NCBI GenBank assembly: GCA_045659765.1
Contig: JAZRCN010000019.1
Span: forward strand, 12,775-76,774
DNA: 64,000 nucleotides
DNA from: Alistipes sp.
GTDB lineage: Bacteria > Bacteroidota > Bacteroidia > Bacteroidales > Rikenellaceae
Direction of reading: 5' to 3'
Notes under the pieces: model-generated
What the model saw: only the letters and a program-made list of their open reading frames with translations
What the model was told of the DNA's origin: nothing
Databases searched by the model: none
Made by a program: the position numbers and the translations under genes
Part shown: positions 47,661 through 57,182 of the stretch, in pieces
How the letters are laid out: every line of letters begins with the position of its first letter
How positions within the stretch are numbered: the first letter of the stretch is position 1

Positions 47661-50458
47661 TGGATAAGGTGGACAACAACAAGATAAAAATTAGAGGTGC
47701 GAGGGTGCATAACCTTAAGAGTGTGGATGTCGATATCCCGCATTCTAAGCTCGTCGTGATTACTGGTCTTTCGGGCTCGGGAAAATCGACATTGGCATTC
47801 GATACCATCTTTGCTGAGGGCCAGCGCCGCTATGTTGAGAGTCTCTCGGCCTATGCTCGTCAGTTCCTCGGTCGCGTGGAGAAACCCGATGTCGAGAGTA
47901 TCGAGGGCATCGCTCCAGCTATTGCTATCGAGCAGAAGGTTATCTCGCGCAACCCACGCTCTACGGTGGGTACTACGACAGAGATTTATGACTATCTAAA
48001 GTTGCTTTTTGCACGTATCGGCACTACCTATTCACCTACGACGGGTCGCGAGATTCGCTGCTACGAGGTGGACGATGTTGTTGCTCGTATCCTCGAGTTG
48101 GAGGATGGCGAGAAGGTGGTTATCTCGGCACCGCTGCTGCTCAAGGGCTCCGAGGGTATCGTAGAGCGCATGCTTACGCTCATGGAGGATGGTATCAATA
48201 GGGTGAGCTACCGTGGCGAGGTTATGCGCGTTGAGGAGTTTATGCCTCGCATAGGCGATGATATGAATCTCGCGGATGTTATGGTCGTGGTCGATAGAGT
48301 TGTTGTCGATCATACTCAAGATACCATTTCGCGCTTGGCTGACTCTGTGGCACGTGCTATGGGCTATGGCTCGGGCGAGATGTTCCTCACTATTGGTGGC
48401 GAGGTGGAGAGACTATCTTCGCGCTTCGAGGAGGAGGGTATGACCTTTGAGCGACCCAACGAACATCTCTTCTCGTTCAATAATCCGATAGGTGCTTGTC
48501 CTATGTGTGAGGGCTATGGTAAGGTCGTCGGCATAGATGAAGATTTGGTGATTCCAGATAAGTCGAAGAGCATTTATGATGGCGCTGTGGCCTGCTGGAA
48601 TGGTGCTACGATGGGTCGTTGGCGCAATGAACTTATTCTCGGTTCATCGCGTTGCGGCTTCCCGATACATACGCCATACTATGCCCTTTCGGCCGAGCAT
48701 AGAGATATGTTGTGGCACGGTTGCTCAGATTTCTTGGGTATAGACAACTTTTTCGAATATGTAGATACACAGCGACATAAGGTGCAGTATAGAGTCCTCA
48801 AGTCGCGATATATGGGTAAGACTACCTGCCCTGAGTGCGGTGGCGCGCGTCTGCGCCCCGAGGCATTGTATGTCAAGGTGGGCGGAAAGAATATCGCCGA
48901 ACTTGTGCAGATGACCGTGGGCGAGCTAATATCATTCTTCGATTCGCTACAGTTGGATGAGTATGCCGCAAAGACTGCCGAGCGTGTGATAAAGGAGATC
49001 CGTAGCCGTTTGGGTTATCTCGCCGATGTGGGTCTGCACTACCTTACGCTTGATCGTCTGTCTGCCACGTTGTCGGGTGGAGAGTCGCAGCGAATAAATC
49101 TCTCGACGTCGTTGGGTAGCAATCTCGTAGGCTCGATGTATATTCTGGATGAGCCGAGTATCGGTCTGCATCCGCGCGATACGCATCGACTCATCGGTGT
49201 GCTTAAGCAGTTGCGCGACTTGGACAATACGGTGATTGTCGTGGAGCATGAGGAGGAGGTGATACGTGCTGCCGACTGGATTGTCGACATGGGCCCCGAG
49301 GCTGGTATCGGTGGTGGTGAGGTGGTCTATAGTGGCGATGCAGCAGGTGTTGAGGGTGCTCAAAATTCACTAACGGCCGACTACCTTACGGGTCGTAGGC
49401 GTATCGCAATCCCCGAGCGACGTAGGGCACGTGCTGGAGCTATCAAGATATGTGGTGCGCGTCACAATAACCTAAAAAATATTGACGTAGAGATACCATT
49501 GGGTGTTCTAACCTGTATCACGGGAGTTTCGGGTTCGGGCAAGTCGTCATTGGCTGATGATATATTGTATCCTGCATTGCGTCGTAAGCTCTCTGATTCG
49601 GTCATTGCACCCGGAGATCACGACTCTTCGACGGGCGATATTGCGCTGTTGCAGGGTGTGGAGATGGTGTCGCAGTCGCCTATCGGAAAGTCTACGCGAT
49701 CTAACCCCGTGACCTATCTTAAGGCCTACGACGAGATACGTCGTCTTTTTGCCGAGCAACCTTATGCCAAGCATAATGGCATTGCAGCTACGGCCTTTTC
49801 GTTCAATATGCCTGGCGGACGATGCGAGGAGTGTGAGGGCGAGGGTGTTATCAAGGTTAGCATGCAGTTTATGGCCGACGTAGAGTTGCAGTGCGAGGCG
49901 TGTGGCGGGAAGCGTTTTAAACACGAGATTTTGGAGGTTAAGTATCGAGGTAAGACGATACACGATGTGCTGGAAATGTCGGTGGATGAGTCTATCGAGT
50001 TTTTCTCGGCAGACTGCGATAACTCGCTGTGTCGTCGTATAGTAGACCGCATACGACCACTACAACAGGTGGGCTTGGGCTATGTGAAGCTTGGTCAGAG
50101 CTCCTCGACGTTGTCGGGAGGTGAGTCGCAGCGTGTAAAACTTGCGTCGTACCTCGTTAAGGAGAAGTCTATAGATAAGTTGATGTTTATCTTCGATGAG
50201 CCTACGACGGGTCTTCACTTCCACGATATAGGTCGTCTGCTTGGTGCTTTCGATGCGCTCATTGCGCGAGGTCATACGGTGGTTGTCGTGGAGCACAATA
50301 TGGAGGTTATCAAGTGTGCCGACTGGGTTATCGACCTTGGTCCCGAGGCTGGTGCCGATGGCGGATATGTCGTTGTTGCGGGTACTCCCGAGGATGTGGA
50401 GGCTTGCGAAAAGAGCTACACGGGACAATTCTTAAAGATACACAATGAGAGAGTTTGA
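47660..50458 (+). CDS. uvrA: Excinuclease ABC subunit A
   Basis: [16 protein letters not shown], two LSGGE..R signatures, Zn fingers CPMCEG/CPEC/CEEC/CEAC. Confidence 0.96.
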   Translation: MDKVDNNKIKIRGARVHNLKSVDVDIPHSKLVVITGLSGSGKSTLAFDTIFAEGQRRYVESLSAYARQFLGRVEKPDVESIEGIAPAIAIEQKVISRNPRSTVGTTTEIYDYLKLLFARIGTTYSPTTGREIRCYEVDDVVARILELEDGEKVVISAPLLLKGSEGIVERMLTLMEDGINRVSYRGEVMRVEEFMPRIGDDMNLADVMVVVDRVVVDHTQDTISRLADSVARAMGYGSGEMFLTIGGEVERLSSRFEEEGMTFERPNEHLFSFNNPIGACPMCEGYGKVVGIDEDLVIPDKSKSIYDGAVACWNGATMGRWRNELILGSSRCGFPIHTPYYALSAEHRDMLWHGCSDFLGIDNFFEYVDTQRHKVQYRVLKSRYMGKTTCPECGGARLRPEALYVKVGGKNIAELVQMTVGELISFFDSLQLDEYAAKTAERVIKEIRSRLGYLADVGLHYLTLDRLSATLSGGESQRINLSTSLGSNLVGSMYILDEPSIGLHPRDTHRLIGVLKQLRDLDNTVIVVEHEEEVIRAADWIVDMGPEAGIGGGEVVYSGDAAGVEGAQNSLTADYLTGRRRIAIPERRRARAGAIKICGARHNNLKNIDVEIPLGVLTCITGVSGSGKSSLADDILYPALRRKLSDSVIAPGDHDSSTGDIALLQGVEMVSQSPIGKSTRSNPVTYLKAYDEIRRLFAEQPYAKHNGIAATAFSFNMPGGRCEECEGEGVIKVSMQFMADVELQCEACGGKRFKHEILEVKYRGKTIHDVLEMSVDESIEFFSADCDNSLCRRIVDRIRPLQQVGLGYVKLGQSSSTLSGGESQRVKLASYLVKEKSIDKLMFIFDEPTTGLHFHDIGRLLGAFDALIARGHTVVVVEHNMEVIKCADWVIDLGPEAGADGGYVVVAGTPEDVEACEKSYTGQFLKIHNERV

Positions 50459-51662
50459 TACATACGAGCTGCCGAATGGCATTCGAGGCATACATCGTCA
50501 GGTGCGTAGTGGTGTTGCCCACTGCGCTCTTGTGGTTAATGCTGGTAGCCGTGACGAGCTGAAAAACGAATATGGTATCGCCCACCTCACGGAGCATGCT
50601 CTGTTTAAGGGTACGCAGCGAAGAAAGGCCTATCAGGTAAACTGCCGCTTGGAGAACCTCGGAGGCGAGCTTAATGCCTACACCACAAAGGAGGATACCA
50701 CGCTGCATGCTACGGTCATGCGTCGCGATTTTGCACGTGCTGTGGAGCTTATTGCCGATGTGATGTTCTGCTCGACATTCCCAGAAAAAGAGCTAAAAAA
50801 GGAGCGTGAAGTTATTGCTGATGAGATAAATACGTATAAGGACTCGCCCTCGGAGCGTATCTATGACGACTTCGAGGATTTGATGTTTCGAGGCTCGGAA
50901 CTTGGTCATAACATTCTCGGCTCGAAGGCTACTATTGCACGCCTATCGACCGAGGAGCTACACCGCTTTGTGGGCCGCACCTATACCACCGACCAGATGG
51001 TCTTCTCCTCTATCGGTAATTTCTCGGTGGCTACGGCACGTAGTGTTGCCGAGCGCTATTTGGCGGGCTTTGCACCTACGAAACGAGAGTTTAGCCGCGT
51101 GGCGCCAGCACCGTATGAGGTGTTTGATGTCTGCCAGCAGCGACATACGCATCAGGCGCATGGTATTATCGGTGCGCGTGGCTATGGCATAGGTGATGAG
51201 CGTCGTTTGCCTCTTGCGCTGATGGTTAATATCTTGGGAGGCCCTTCGGCAAACTCGTTGCTAAATCTATCGCTCAGAGAGCGTTACGGCCTTTCGTATA
51301 ACGTTGAGGCTACCTATACGCCCTATTCAGATAGTGGTATTGTTGGCATATACTTCTCGTCGGATCACGACAACAGAGAGCAGTGTGTGGAGTTGATACG
51401 TGCCGAGGTGGATAAGTTGCGCCGTGAACCTATCACACCACGTCGCTTGTCTATTGCTAAAAGGCAGTTTGTTGCGCAGATGGCAATATCTATGGAGTCG
51501 AACGAGGGCTATATGTTGGGTGCGGGCAAGAGCTATTTGCTCTATCGCGATATCGACACGTTGGAGGAGGCCTATCGCAAGGTTATGTCTATCACTCGTG
51601 AGCAGATTCGCGATGTTGCGGATGACTGTCTTGGTTCGCTCTCGCAGTTGATATATAAATAA
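50445..51662 (+). CDS. M16 family zinc peptidase
   Basis: AHLTEH inverted zincin motif, NAYT, LRERYGLSY. Confidence 0.92.
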   Translation: MREFDTYELPNGIRGIHRQVRSGVAHCALVVNAGSRDELKNEYGIAHLTEHALFKGTQRRKAYQVNCRLENLGGELNAYTTKEDTTLHATVMRRDFARAVELIADVMFCSTFPEKELKKEREVIADEINTYKDSPSERIYDDFEDLMFRGSELGHNILGSKATIARLSTEELHRFVGRTYTTDQMVFSSIGNFSVATARSVAERYLAGFAPTKREFSRVAPAPYEVFDVCQQRHTHQAHGIIGARGYGIGDERRLPLALMVNILGGPSANSLLNLSLRERYGLSYNVEATYTPYSDSGIVGIYFSSDHDNREQCVELIRAEVDKLRREPITPRRLSIAKRQFVAQMAISMESNEGYMLGAGKSYLLYRDIDTLEEAYRKVMSITREQIRDVADDCLGSLSQLIYK

Positions 51663-51666
51663 AAGA

Positions 51667-51951
51667 ATGAAACCTTGTATTTACGTGCTGACAAATGATA
51701 ATCACTCGGTTTTGTATACGGGTGTGACATCTGATTTGTCGCAGCGCATTTTGCAGCATAGAGATGGTGTAGGTAATGCCTTTACACATAGATACAATCT
51801 ACATAAGCTTGTTTATGTGGAGTATCATCCGACAATGAACTCTGCAATATCTCGTGAAAAGCAGATTAAAAGTTGGTCGCGAGAACGAAAGGTCGAGTTA
51901 ATAGTGAAGCTAAATCCCACGTGGAGAGATTTGATACTTGACAATGAATAA
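51667..51951 (+). CDS. Stand-alone GIY-YIG nuclease (94 aa)
   Basis: CIYVL, LYTGVT, R..QH, FT.RY, AISREKQIKSW.R.RK, NP.W.DL. Confidence 0.9.
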   Translation: MKPCIYVLTNDNHSVLYTGVTSDLSQRILQHRDGVGNAFTHRYNLHKLVYVEYHPTMNSAISREKQIKSWSRERKVELIVKLNPTWRDLILDNE

Positions 51952-51956
51952 ATATA

Positions 51957-52163
51957 CGTCATCCCGAGGAGGGGCAAGCAAGAGGGTGAGAAAAGGTAGC
52001 GCCTACCATGCCCCGACGTGGGGATCTACCGCTGTTTTAAGGCGGTGGATAGCATGATGTATCAGTATCATCGAAGATGCAGCACAAAGGTAGATTGCCG
52101 CGAAATTGCATAGAACGCATAGAGTATTAGTAAGCTCCTCAGTTGCAATTTCTCGCAATGACG
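51957..52163. repeat. CGTC-type palindrome doublet downstream of GIY-YIG gene 2
   Basis: CGTCATCCCGAG...GGGATCTACC and GGTAGATTGC...CTCGCAATGACG. Confidence 0.85.
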
Positions 52164-52183
52164 ATTAATGTAATAGTAGATAT

Positions 52184-52819
52184 ATGGATAAGTTAGAGCA
52201 GTATATATTGGCGAATACATCACCCGAGGAGGAGTTGATGCATAAGTTGGAGAGGGAGACATACTTGCGTGTTATAAATCCGCGTATGATCTCGGGACAT
52301 TTGCAGGGTAAGCTCCTCGAGATGTTGGTGCGTATGATGCGCCCTAAGAGAGTGCTGGAGATAGGTACATTCACGGGCTACTCGGCGCTAAGTATCGCGC
52401 GAGGCTTGGAGGATGGTGCATATCTCGATACTATCGAGGTGGATGACGAGTTGGAGGATATGGCAGCAAAGTTCTTTGAGGCATCCAATTATGGCCACCG
52501 CATACGTCAGCATGTAGGCTCGGCATTGGAGGTTGTGCCACGTCTTGGTGAGGTCTACGATATGGTCTTTATTGATGGCGATAAGAGAGAGTATCCAGCC
52601 TATTACAATATGTTGATGGATGGAGGCTATGTACGCTCTGGCTCAATACTTTTGGCTGATAATATTTTGTGGTATGGCAAGGTGGCAGAGCCTATCGCGC
52701 GCAACGATCGTCACACGGAGGCTATCGTGGAGTTTAACCGCATGGTGGTTGAGGATGATAGGGTAGACAATGTTATTGTGCCGATACGTGATGGTATAAA
52801 TATGATTCGAGTGAAGTAA
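52184..52819 (+). CDS. SAM-dependent O-methyltransferase (Methyltransf_3, YrrM/TrmR-like)
   Basis: LEIGTFTGYS, FIDGDK, ADNILW, PIRDG. Confidence 0.88.
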   Translation: MDKLEQYILANTSPEEELMHKLERETYLRVINPRMISGHLQGKLLEMLVRMMRPKRVLEIGTFTGYSALSIARGLEDGAYLDTIEVDDELEDMAAKFFEASNYGHRIRQHVGSALEVVPRLGEVYDMVFIDGDKREYPAYYNMLMDGGYVRSGSILLADNILWYGKVAEPIARNDRHTEAIVEFNRMVVEDDRVDNVIVPIRDGINMIRVK

Positions 52820-52846
52820 TCTCGCGTCGCAGTTTTTTTAGCATTG

Positions 52847-52882
52847 GGGGTGTTCAAACTTTTTAGGTTTGAGCACCCTCTT
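52847..52882 (+). terminator. Hairpin terminator
   Basis: GGGGTGTTCAAAC-tttttag-GTTTGAGCACCCT followed by CTTGTT. Confidence 0.55.
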
Positions 52883-53041
52883 GTTGTAATGTGTGTCGGT
52901 TGGGTAGGCAAAGGCGTAGGCGAGATAGAAAAATGATGTTAAATGTGTAAAAAATAGCCTCGTAGTATGTACAACTTTTCGAAATAATCCCTATATTTGT
53001 ATGATTTACATATTAAGCATTTCAAATAACCCCTTAAAGCT

Positions 53042-53341
53042 ATGATACGACATATCGTTATGTGGAAATTCCGTCGCGATTTGGAGCAGACTCCAAGGCA
53101 GATTGCGGAAGAGATGAAGAGCCGCCTTGAGGCACTTAATGGCAAGATCGAAGGACTTTTGCGTGCCGAGGTGGGAGTGAATATCAAGGAGACAGCCTCG
53201 TCGTTCGATGCGGTGCTTACGGCCGACTTCACATCGTGGGAGGCTATGGAGGCCTACAAGGTAAATCCTCTACATGTCGTTATCAGCGACTACTGCAAGG
53301 CTTGCCGTCAGGAGCGCGTAGATGTAGATTACGAGCTATAA
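53042..53341 (+). CDS. Dabb family stress-responsive alpha/beta-barrel protein
   Basis: MIRHIVMWKF, Y..NP.H, C-terminal VDY. Confidence 0.85.
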   Translation: MIRHIVMWKFRRDLEQTPRQIAEEMKSRLEALNGKIEGLLRAEVGVNIKETASSFDAVLTADFTSWEAMEAYKVNPLHVVISDYCKACRQERVDVDYEL

Positions 53342-53386
53342 CATGGAATCATATAAACGTAAATCTAAATAAAAACTAAAACTACT

Positions 53387-55093
53387 ATGCAGAAAAGAAT
53401 TATTGAGTGTGTGCCCAACTTCTCGGAGGGCCGCAATGCAGAGGTTATCAAGCAGATTACCGATGTTATCGAGGCATCGAAGGGTGTAAAGCTCTTGGAT
53501 GTGGATCCAGGTGAGGCAACAAACCGTACGGTTGTTACCTTTGTAGGTGAGCCTGAGGCAGTATGCGATACAGCTGTAGCAGCTATCAAGCGCGCAACAG
53601 AGCTTATCGATATGCGTCAGCACAAGGGCGCTCACCCTCGCATGGGTGCTTGCGACGTGTGTCCTCTTATCCCAGTATCGGGTATTACATTGGAGGAGTG
53701 TGCTGAGTTGGCACGTGCTCTTGCAAAGCGTATCGCCGAGGAGGTAAATGTTCCTACGTACTGCTACGAGGCTGCTGCATTTACGCCCGAGCGTCGCAAC
53801 TTGGCTGTTTGCCGTGCTGGTGAGTATGAGGCGTTGCCCGAGAAGATGATGGACGAGAAGCGTAAACCAGATTTCGGTGCTCGCCCCTATGATGAGGGTG
53901 TTGCACGTACAGGTGCTACAGCCGTAGGTGCACGTGACTTCCTCGTAGCCGTAAACTACAACCTAAATACTACTTCGACTCGTCGTGCTAACGCTATCGC
54001 ATTCGATGTTCGAGAGAAGGGTCGTCCTATGCGTGAGGGTAATCCTATCACTGGTAAGATCGTTAAGGATGAGAATGGTAATCCCGTGATGAAGCCAGGT
54101 ACGTTGAAGGCATGTAAGGCTATCGGTTGGTTTATCGAGGAGTATGGTATCGCTCAGGTATCTATGAATATGACCAACCTCTCGATCACACCTTTGCACG
54201 TAGCATTCGACGAGGTATGCCGTGCCGCAGATGCTCGTGGTGTTCGCGTTACGGGTGCTGAGATCGTAGGTCTTGTTCCTAAGAGCACGTTGGTAGATGC
54301 AGGTCGTCACTTCTTGCGTAAGCAGAACCGCTCTACGGGTCTTCCCGAGAGAGAGTTGGTGCGTATCGCTATCGAGTCTATGGGTCTTTCAAACCTCAAG
54401 GAGTTCAAGCCTGAGGAGAAGGTCGTAGAGTATATCCTCGAGGCTGAGGAGCAGAAGGGTGTTAAGAAGCTCGTAGATATGACTTGCACAGGCTTTGCTG
54501 AGGAGACAGCAAGCGAGTCACCCGCACCTGGCGGAGGTTCAATATCGGCATATATGGGTGCTTTGGCTGCAGCTCTCGGTACCATGGTTGCCAACCTATC
54601 GTCACACAAGGCTGGATGGGATGATCGTTGGGAGTACTTCTCAAATTGGGCAGATAACGGTATGGCTGTTATGAACGAGTTGCTCTACTTGGTAGACGAG
54701 GATACTGCGGCGTTCAACAAGATTATGGATGTCTTTGGTATGCCTAAGGGTACCGATGAGGAGAAGGCAGCGCGTGCCGAGGCTATGGAGGTTGCTACGC
54801 TCTACGCTACACAGGTGCCTTTGCGCACTATGAAGGCGGCATACAAGGCCTTCGATGTTGTTCGTGCAATGGCCGAGGAGGGTAACCCCAACTCAGTATC
54901 TGACGCAGGTGTAGGTGCTTTGGCTGCTCGTTCAGCGGTTATGGGTGCTTGCCTTAATGTTAAGATCAACGCTGCTGGCCTAAAGGATAGAGCAGTGGCT
55001 GATGCTTTGGTTGCCGAGGCTGAGGAGATTCAGCGTCTTGCACAACAGGCCGAGAAGGAGATTTTGGCTGTCGTAGAGAGCAAGATCTGCTAA
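53387..55093 (+). CDS. ftcD: Bifunctional glutamate formimidoyltransferase / formimidoyltetrahydrofolate cyclodeaminase
   Basis: ECVPNFSEGR, HPRMGA, QVSMN; C-terminal cyclodeaminase PAPGGGS, GNPNSVSDA. Confidence 0.92.
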   Translation: MQKRIIECVPNFSEGRNAEVIKQITDVIEASKGVKLLDVDPGEATNRTVVTFVGEPEAVCDTAVAAIKRATELIDMRQHKGAHPRMGACDVCPLIPVSGITLEECAELARALAKRIAEEVNVPTYCYEAAAFTPERRNLAVCRAGEYEALPEKMMDEKRKPDFGARPYDEGVARTGATAVGARDFLVAVNYNLNTTSTRRANAIAFDVREKGRPMREGNPITGKIVKDENGNPVMKPGTLKACKAIGWFIEEYGIAQVSMNMTNLSITPLHVAFDEVCRAADARGVRVTGAEIVGLVPKSTLVDAGRHFLRKQNRSTGLPERELVRIAIESMGLSNLKEFKPEEKVVEYILEAEEQKGVKKLVDMTCTGFAEETASESPAPGGGSISAYMGALAAALGTMVANLSSHKAGWDDRWEYFSNWADNGMAVMNELLYLVDEDTAAFNKIMDVFGMPKGTDEEKAARAEAMEVATLYATQVPLRTMKAAYKAFDVVRAMAEEGNPNSVSDAGVGALAARSAVMGACLNVKINAAGLKDRAVADALVAEAEEIQRLAQQAEKEILAVVESKIC

Positions 55094-55141
55094 ACGTTAC
55101 ACTAAACTTTAATACCAAACCTTAACAATCTAATTACTACA

Positions 55142-57157
55142 ATGACAGATTTTCAGAAAGATATACTCGCGGGTATCCCCGATCCATTGCCCGCAAAGCG
55201 TGAGTACGATCCTGCGGCAAATCATGCTCCTAAGCGTAAGGATATCCTTACCGACGAGGAGAAGAAGCTTGCCCTGGCTAATGCTCTGAGATACTTCCCC
55301 GAGAAGCACCACGCGGAGCTTGCTCCCGAGTTCTTGGAGGAGTTGAAGACCTATGGTCGTATCTATATGTACCGTCTTCGTCCTGAGTATGAGATGTATG
55401 CTCGCTCGATTGACGAGTATCCAGCACGTTCGCGTCAGGCTGCGGCTATCATGCTCATGATTCAGAACAACCTCGACAAGGCTGTTGCACAGCATCCTCA
55501 CGAGCTTATCACCTATGGTGGTAACGGTGCGGTGTTCCAGAACTGGGCGCAGTATCGCTTGGCGATGAAATACTTGGCAGAGATGACCGATGAGCAGACT
55601 TTGGTTATGTATTCGGGCCATCCACTCGGTCTGTTCCCCTCGCATAAGGATGCGCCACGTGTTATCGTGATTAACGGTATGGTTATCCCCAACCACTCAT
55701 CGCAGGACGATTGGGAGCGTTTCAACGCTATGGGCGTGTCGCAGTATGGTCAGATGACTGCAGGTTCGTATATGTATATTGGCCCTCAGGGTATTGTTCA
55801 CGGCACGACAATTACGGTGATGAACGCTGCGCGTAAGCGTCTTAAGGATGGTCAGAAGGATTTGCGTGGTATGCTCTTCGTTACGGCAGGTCTTGGTGGT
55901 ATGTCGGGCGCACAGCCTAAGGCAGGTAACATCTCGGGCGTGGTGAGCATCACTGCTGAGGTAAATATCGCAGCTGCCGAGAAGCGTCACAAGCAGGGTT
56001 GGGTAGATGAACTCTACAGTTCGTTGGATGAGCTTATCCCACGTGTGCGCAAGGCTGTCGAGCAGAAGGAGGTTATCTCGTTTGCCTACGTAGGTAATGT
56101 TGTGGATCTCTGGGAGCGTTTGGCTGAGGAGGATATCAACGTCGATTTGGGTTCGGATCAGACATCGTTGCATAACCCTTGGGCAGGTGGCTACTATCCT
56201 GTGGGCTACTCTTACGAGGAGTCTAACCGCATGATGGCCGAGGAGCCCGAGAAGTTCCGCGAGTGTGTTCGTGAGTCGTTGCGTCGTCATGTGGCGGCTG
56301 TAAATAAGCTCACGGCTCGTGGTATGTACTTCTTCGACTATGGCAACGCCTTCCTTTTGGAGTCATCACGTGCAGGTGCTGATATTATGACCGCTGATGG
56401 TAAGTTCCGCTATCCATCATACGTTCAGGATATTATGGGTCCTATGTTCTTCGACTATGGCTTCGGACCTTTCCGCTGGGTATGTACATCGGGTAAGGAG
56501 GAGGACTTGGTGAAGTCGGATCGCATTGCTGCCGAGGTTTTGGAGCAGATGCTTCGTGAGGCTCCTGCCGATATTCAGGGTCAGTTGGAGGATAATCTCC
56601 ACTGGATTCGTGAGGCTATGGAGAACAAACTCGTTGTAGGTTCTCAGGCACGTATCCTCTATGCCGACTCGGAGGGTCGTACACGCATCGCATTGGCCTT
56701 TAATGAGGCTATCGAGCGTGGCGAGATCTCGGCACCTATCGTTCTCGGTCGTGACCACCACGATGTGTCGGGTACCGACTCGCCTTATCGTGAGACTTCG
56801 AATATCTACGATGGTTCGAGTTTCTGTGCCGATATGGCAGTACACAATGTCATCGGTGACTCGTTCCGTGGTGCTACATGGGTATCTATCCACAATGGTG
56901 GTGGCGTAGGCTGGGGCGAGGTTATCAACGGTGGCTTCGGTATGGTTATCGATGGCTCGGCAGACTCTGCACGTCATATCAAGGATATGTTGCTCTGGGA
57001 TGTAAACAACGGTATTGCACGTCGTAGCTGGGCACGCAACGAGGGAGCTATGTTTGCTATCAAGCGTGAGATGGAGCGCACACCACTTCTTAAGGTCACG
57101 CTTCCCAACCTTGCCGATAAGGAGCTTATAGACCGTGTATTTGCTGAGAATAAGTAG
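55142..57157 (+). CDS. hutU: Urocanate hydratase (long form)
   Basis: YGQMTAGS, GPQGIVHGT, GLGGMSGAQ, SDQTSLHN, GRDHHD, HNGGGVG. Confidence 0.95.
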   Translation: MTDFQKDILAGIPDPLPAKREYDPAANHAPKRKDILTDEEKKLALANALRYFPEKHHAELAPEFLEELKTYGRIYMYRLRPEYEMYARSIDEYPARSRQAAAIMLMIQNNLDKAVAQHPHELITYGGNGAVFQNWAQYRLAMKYLAEMTDEQTLVMYSGHPLGLFPSHKDAPRVIVINGMVIPNHSSQDDWERFNAMGVSQYGQMTAGSYMYIGPQGIVHGTTITVMNAARKRLKDGQKDLRGMLFVTAGLGGMSGAQPKAGNISGVVSITAEVNIAAAEKRHKQGWVDELYSSLDELIPRVRKAVEQKEVISFAYVGNVVDLWERLAEEDINVDLGSDQTSLHNPWAGGYYPVGYSYEESNRMMAEEPEKFRECVRESLRRHVAAVNKLTARGMYFFDYGNAFLLESSRAGADIMTADGKFRYPSYVQDIMGPMFFDYGFGPFRWVCTSGKEEDLVKSDRIAAEVLEQMLREAPADIQGQLEDNLHWIREAMENKLVVGSQARILYADSEGRTRIALAFNEAIERGEISAPIVLGRDHHDVSGTDSPYRETSNIYDGSSFCADMAVHNVIGDSFRGATWVSIHNGGGVGWGEVINGGFGMVIDGSADSARHIKDMLLWDVNNGIARRSWARNEGAMFAIKREMERTPLLKVTLPNLADKELIDRVFAENK

Positions 57158-57182
57158 TGTATAACCTAAAACTTGAAAAACG

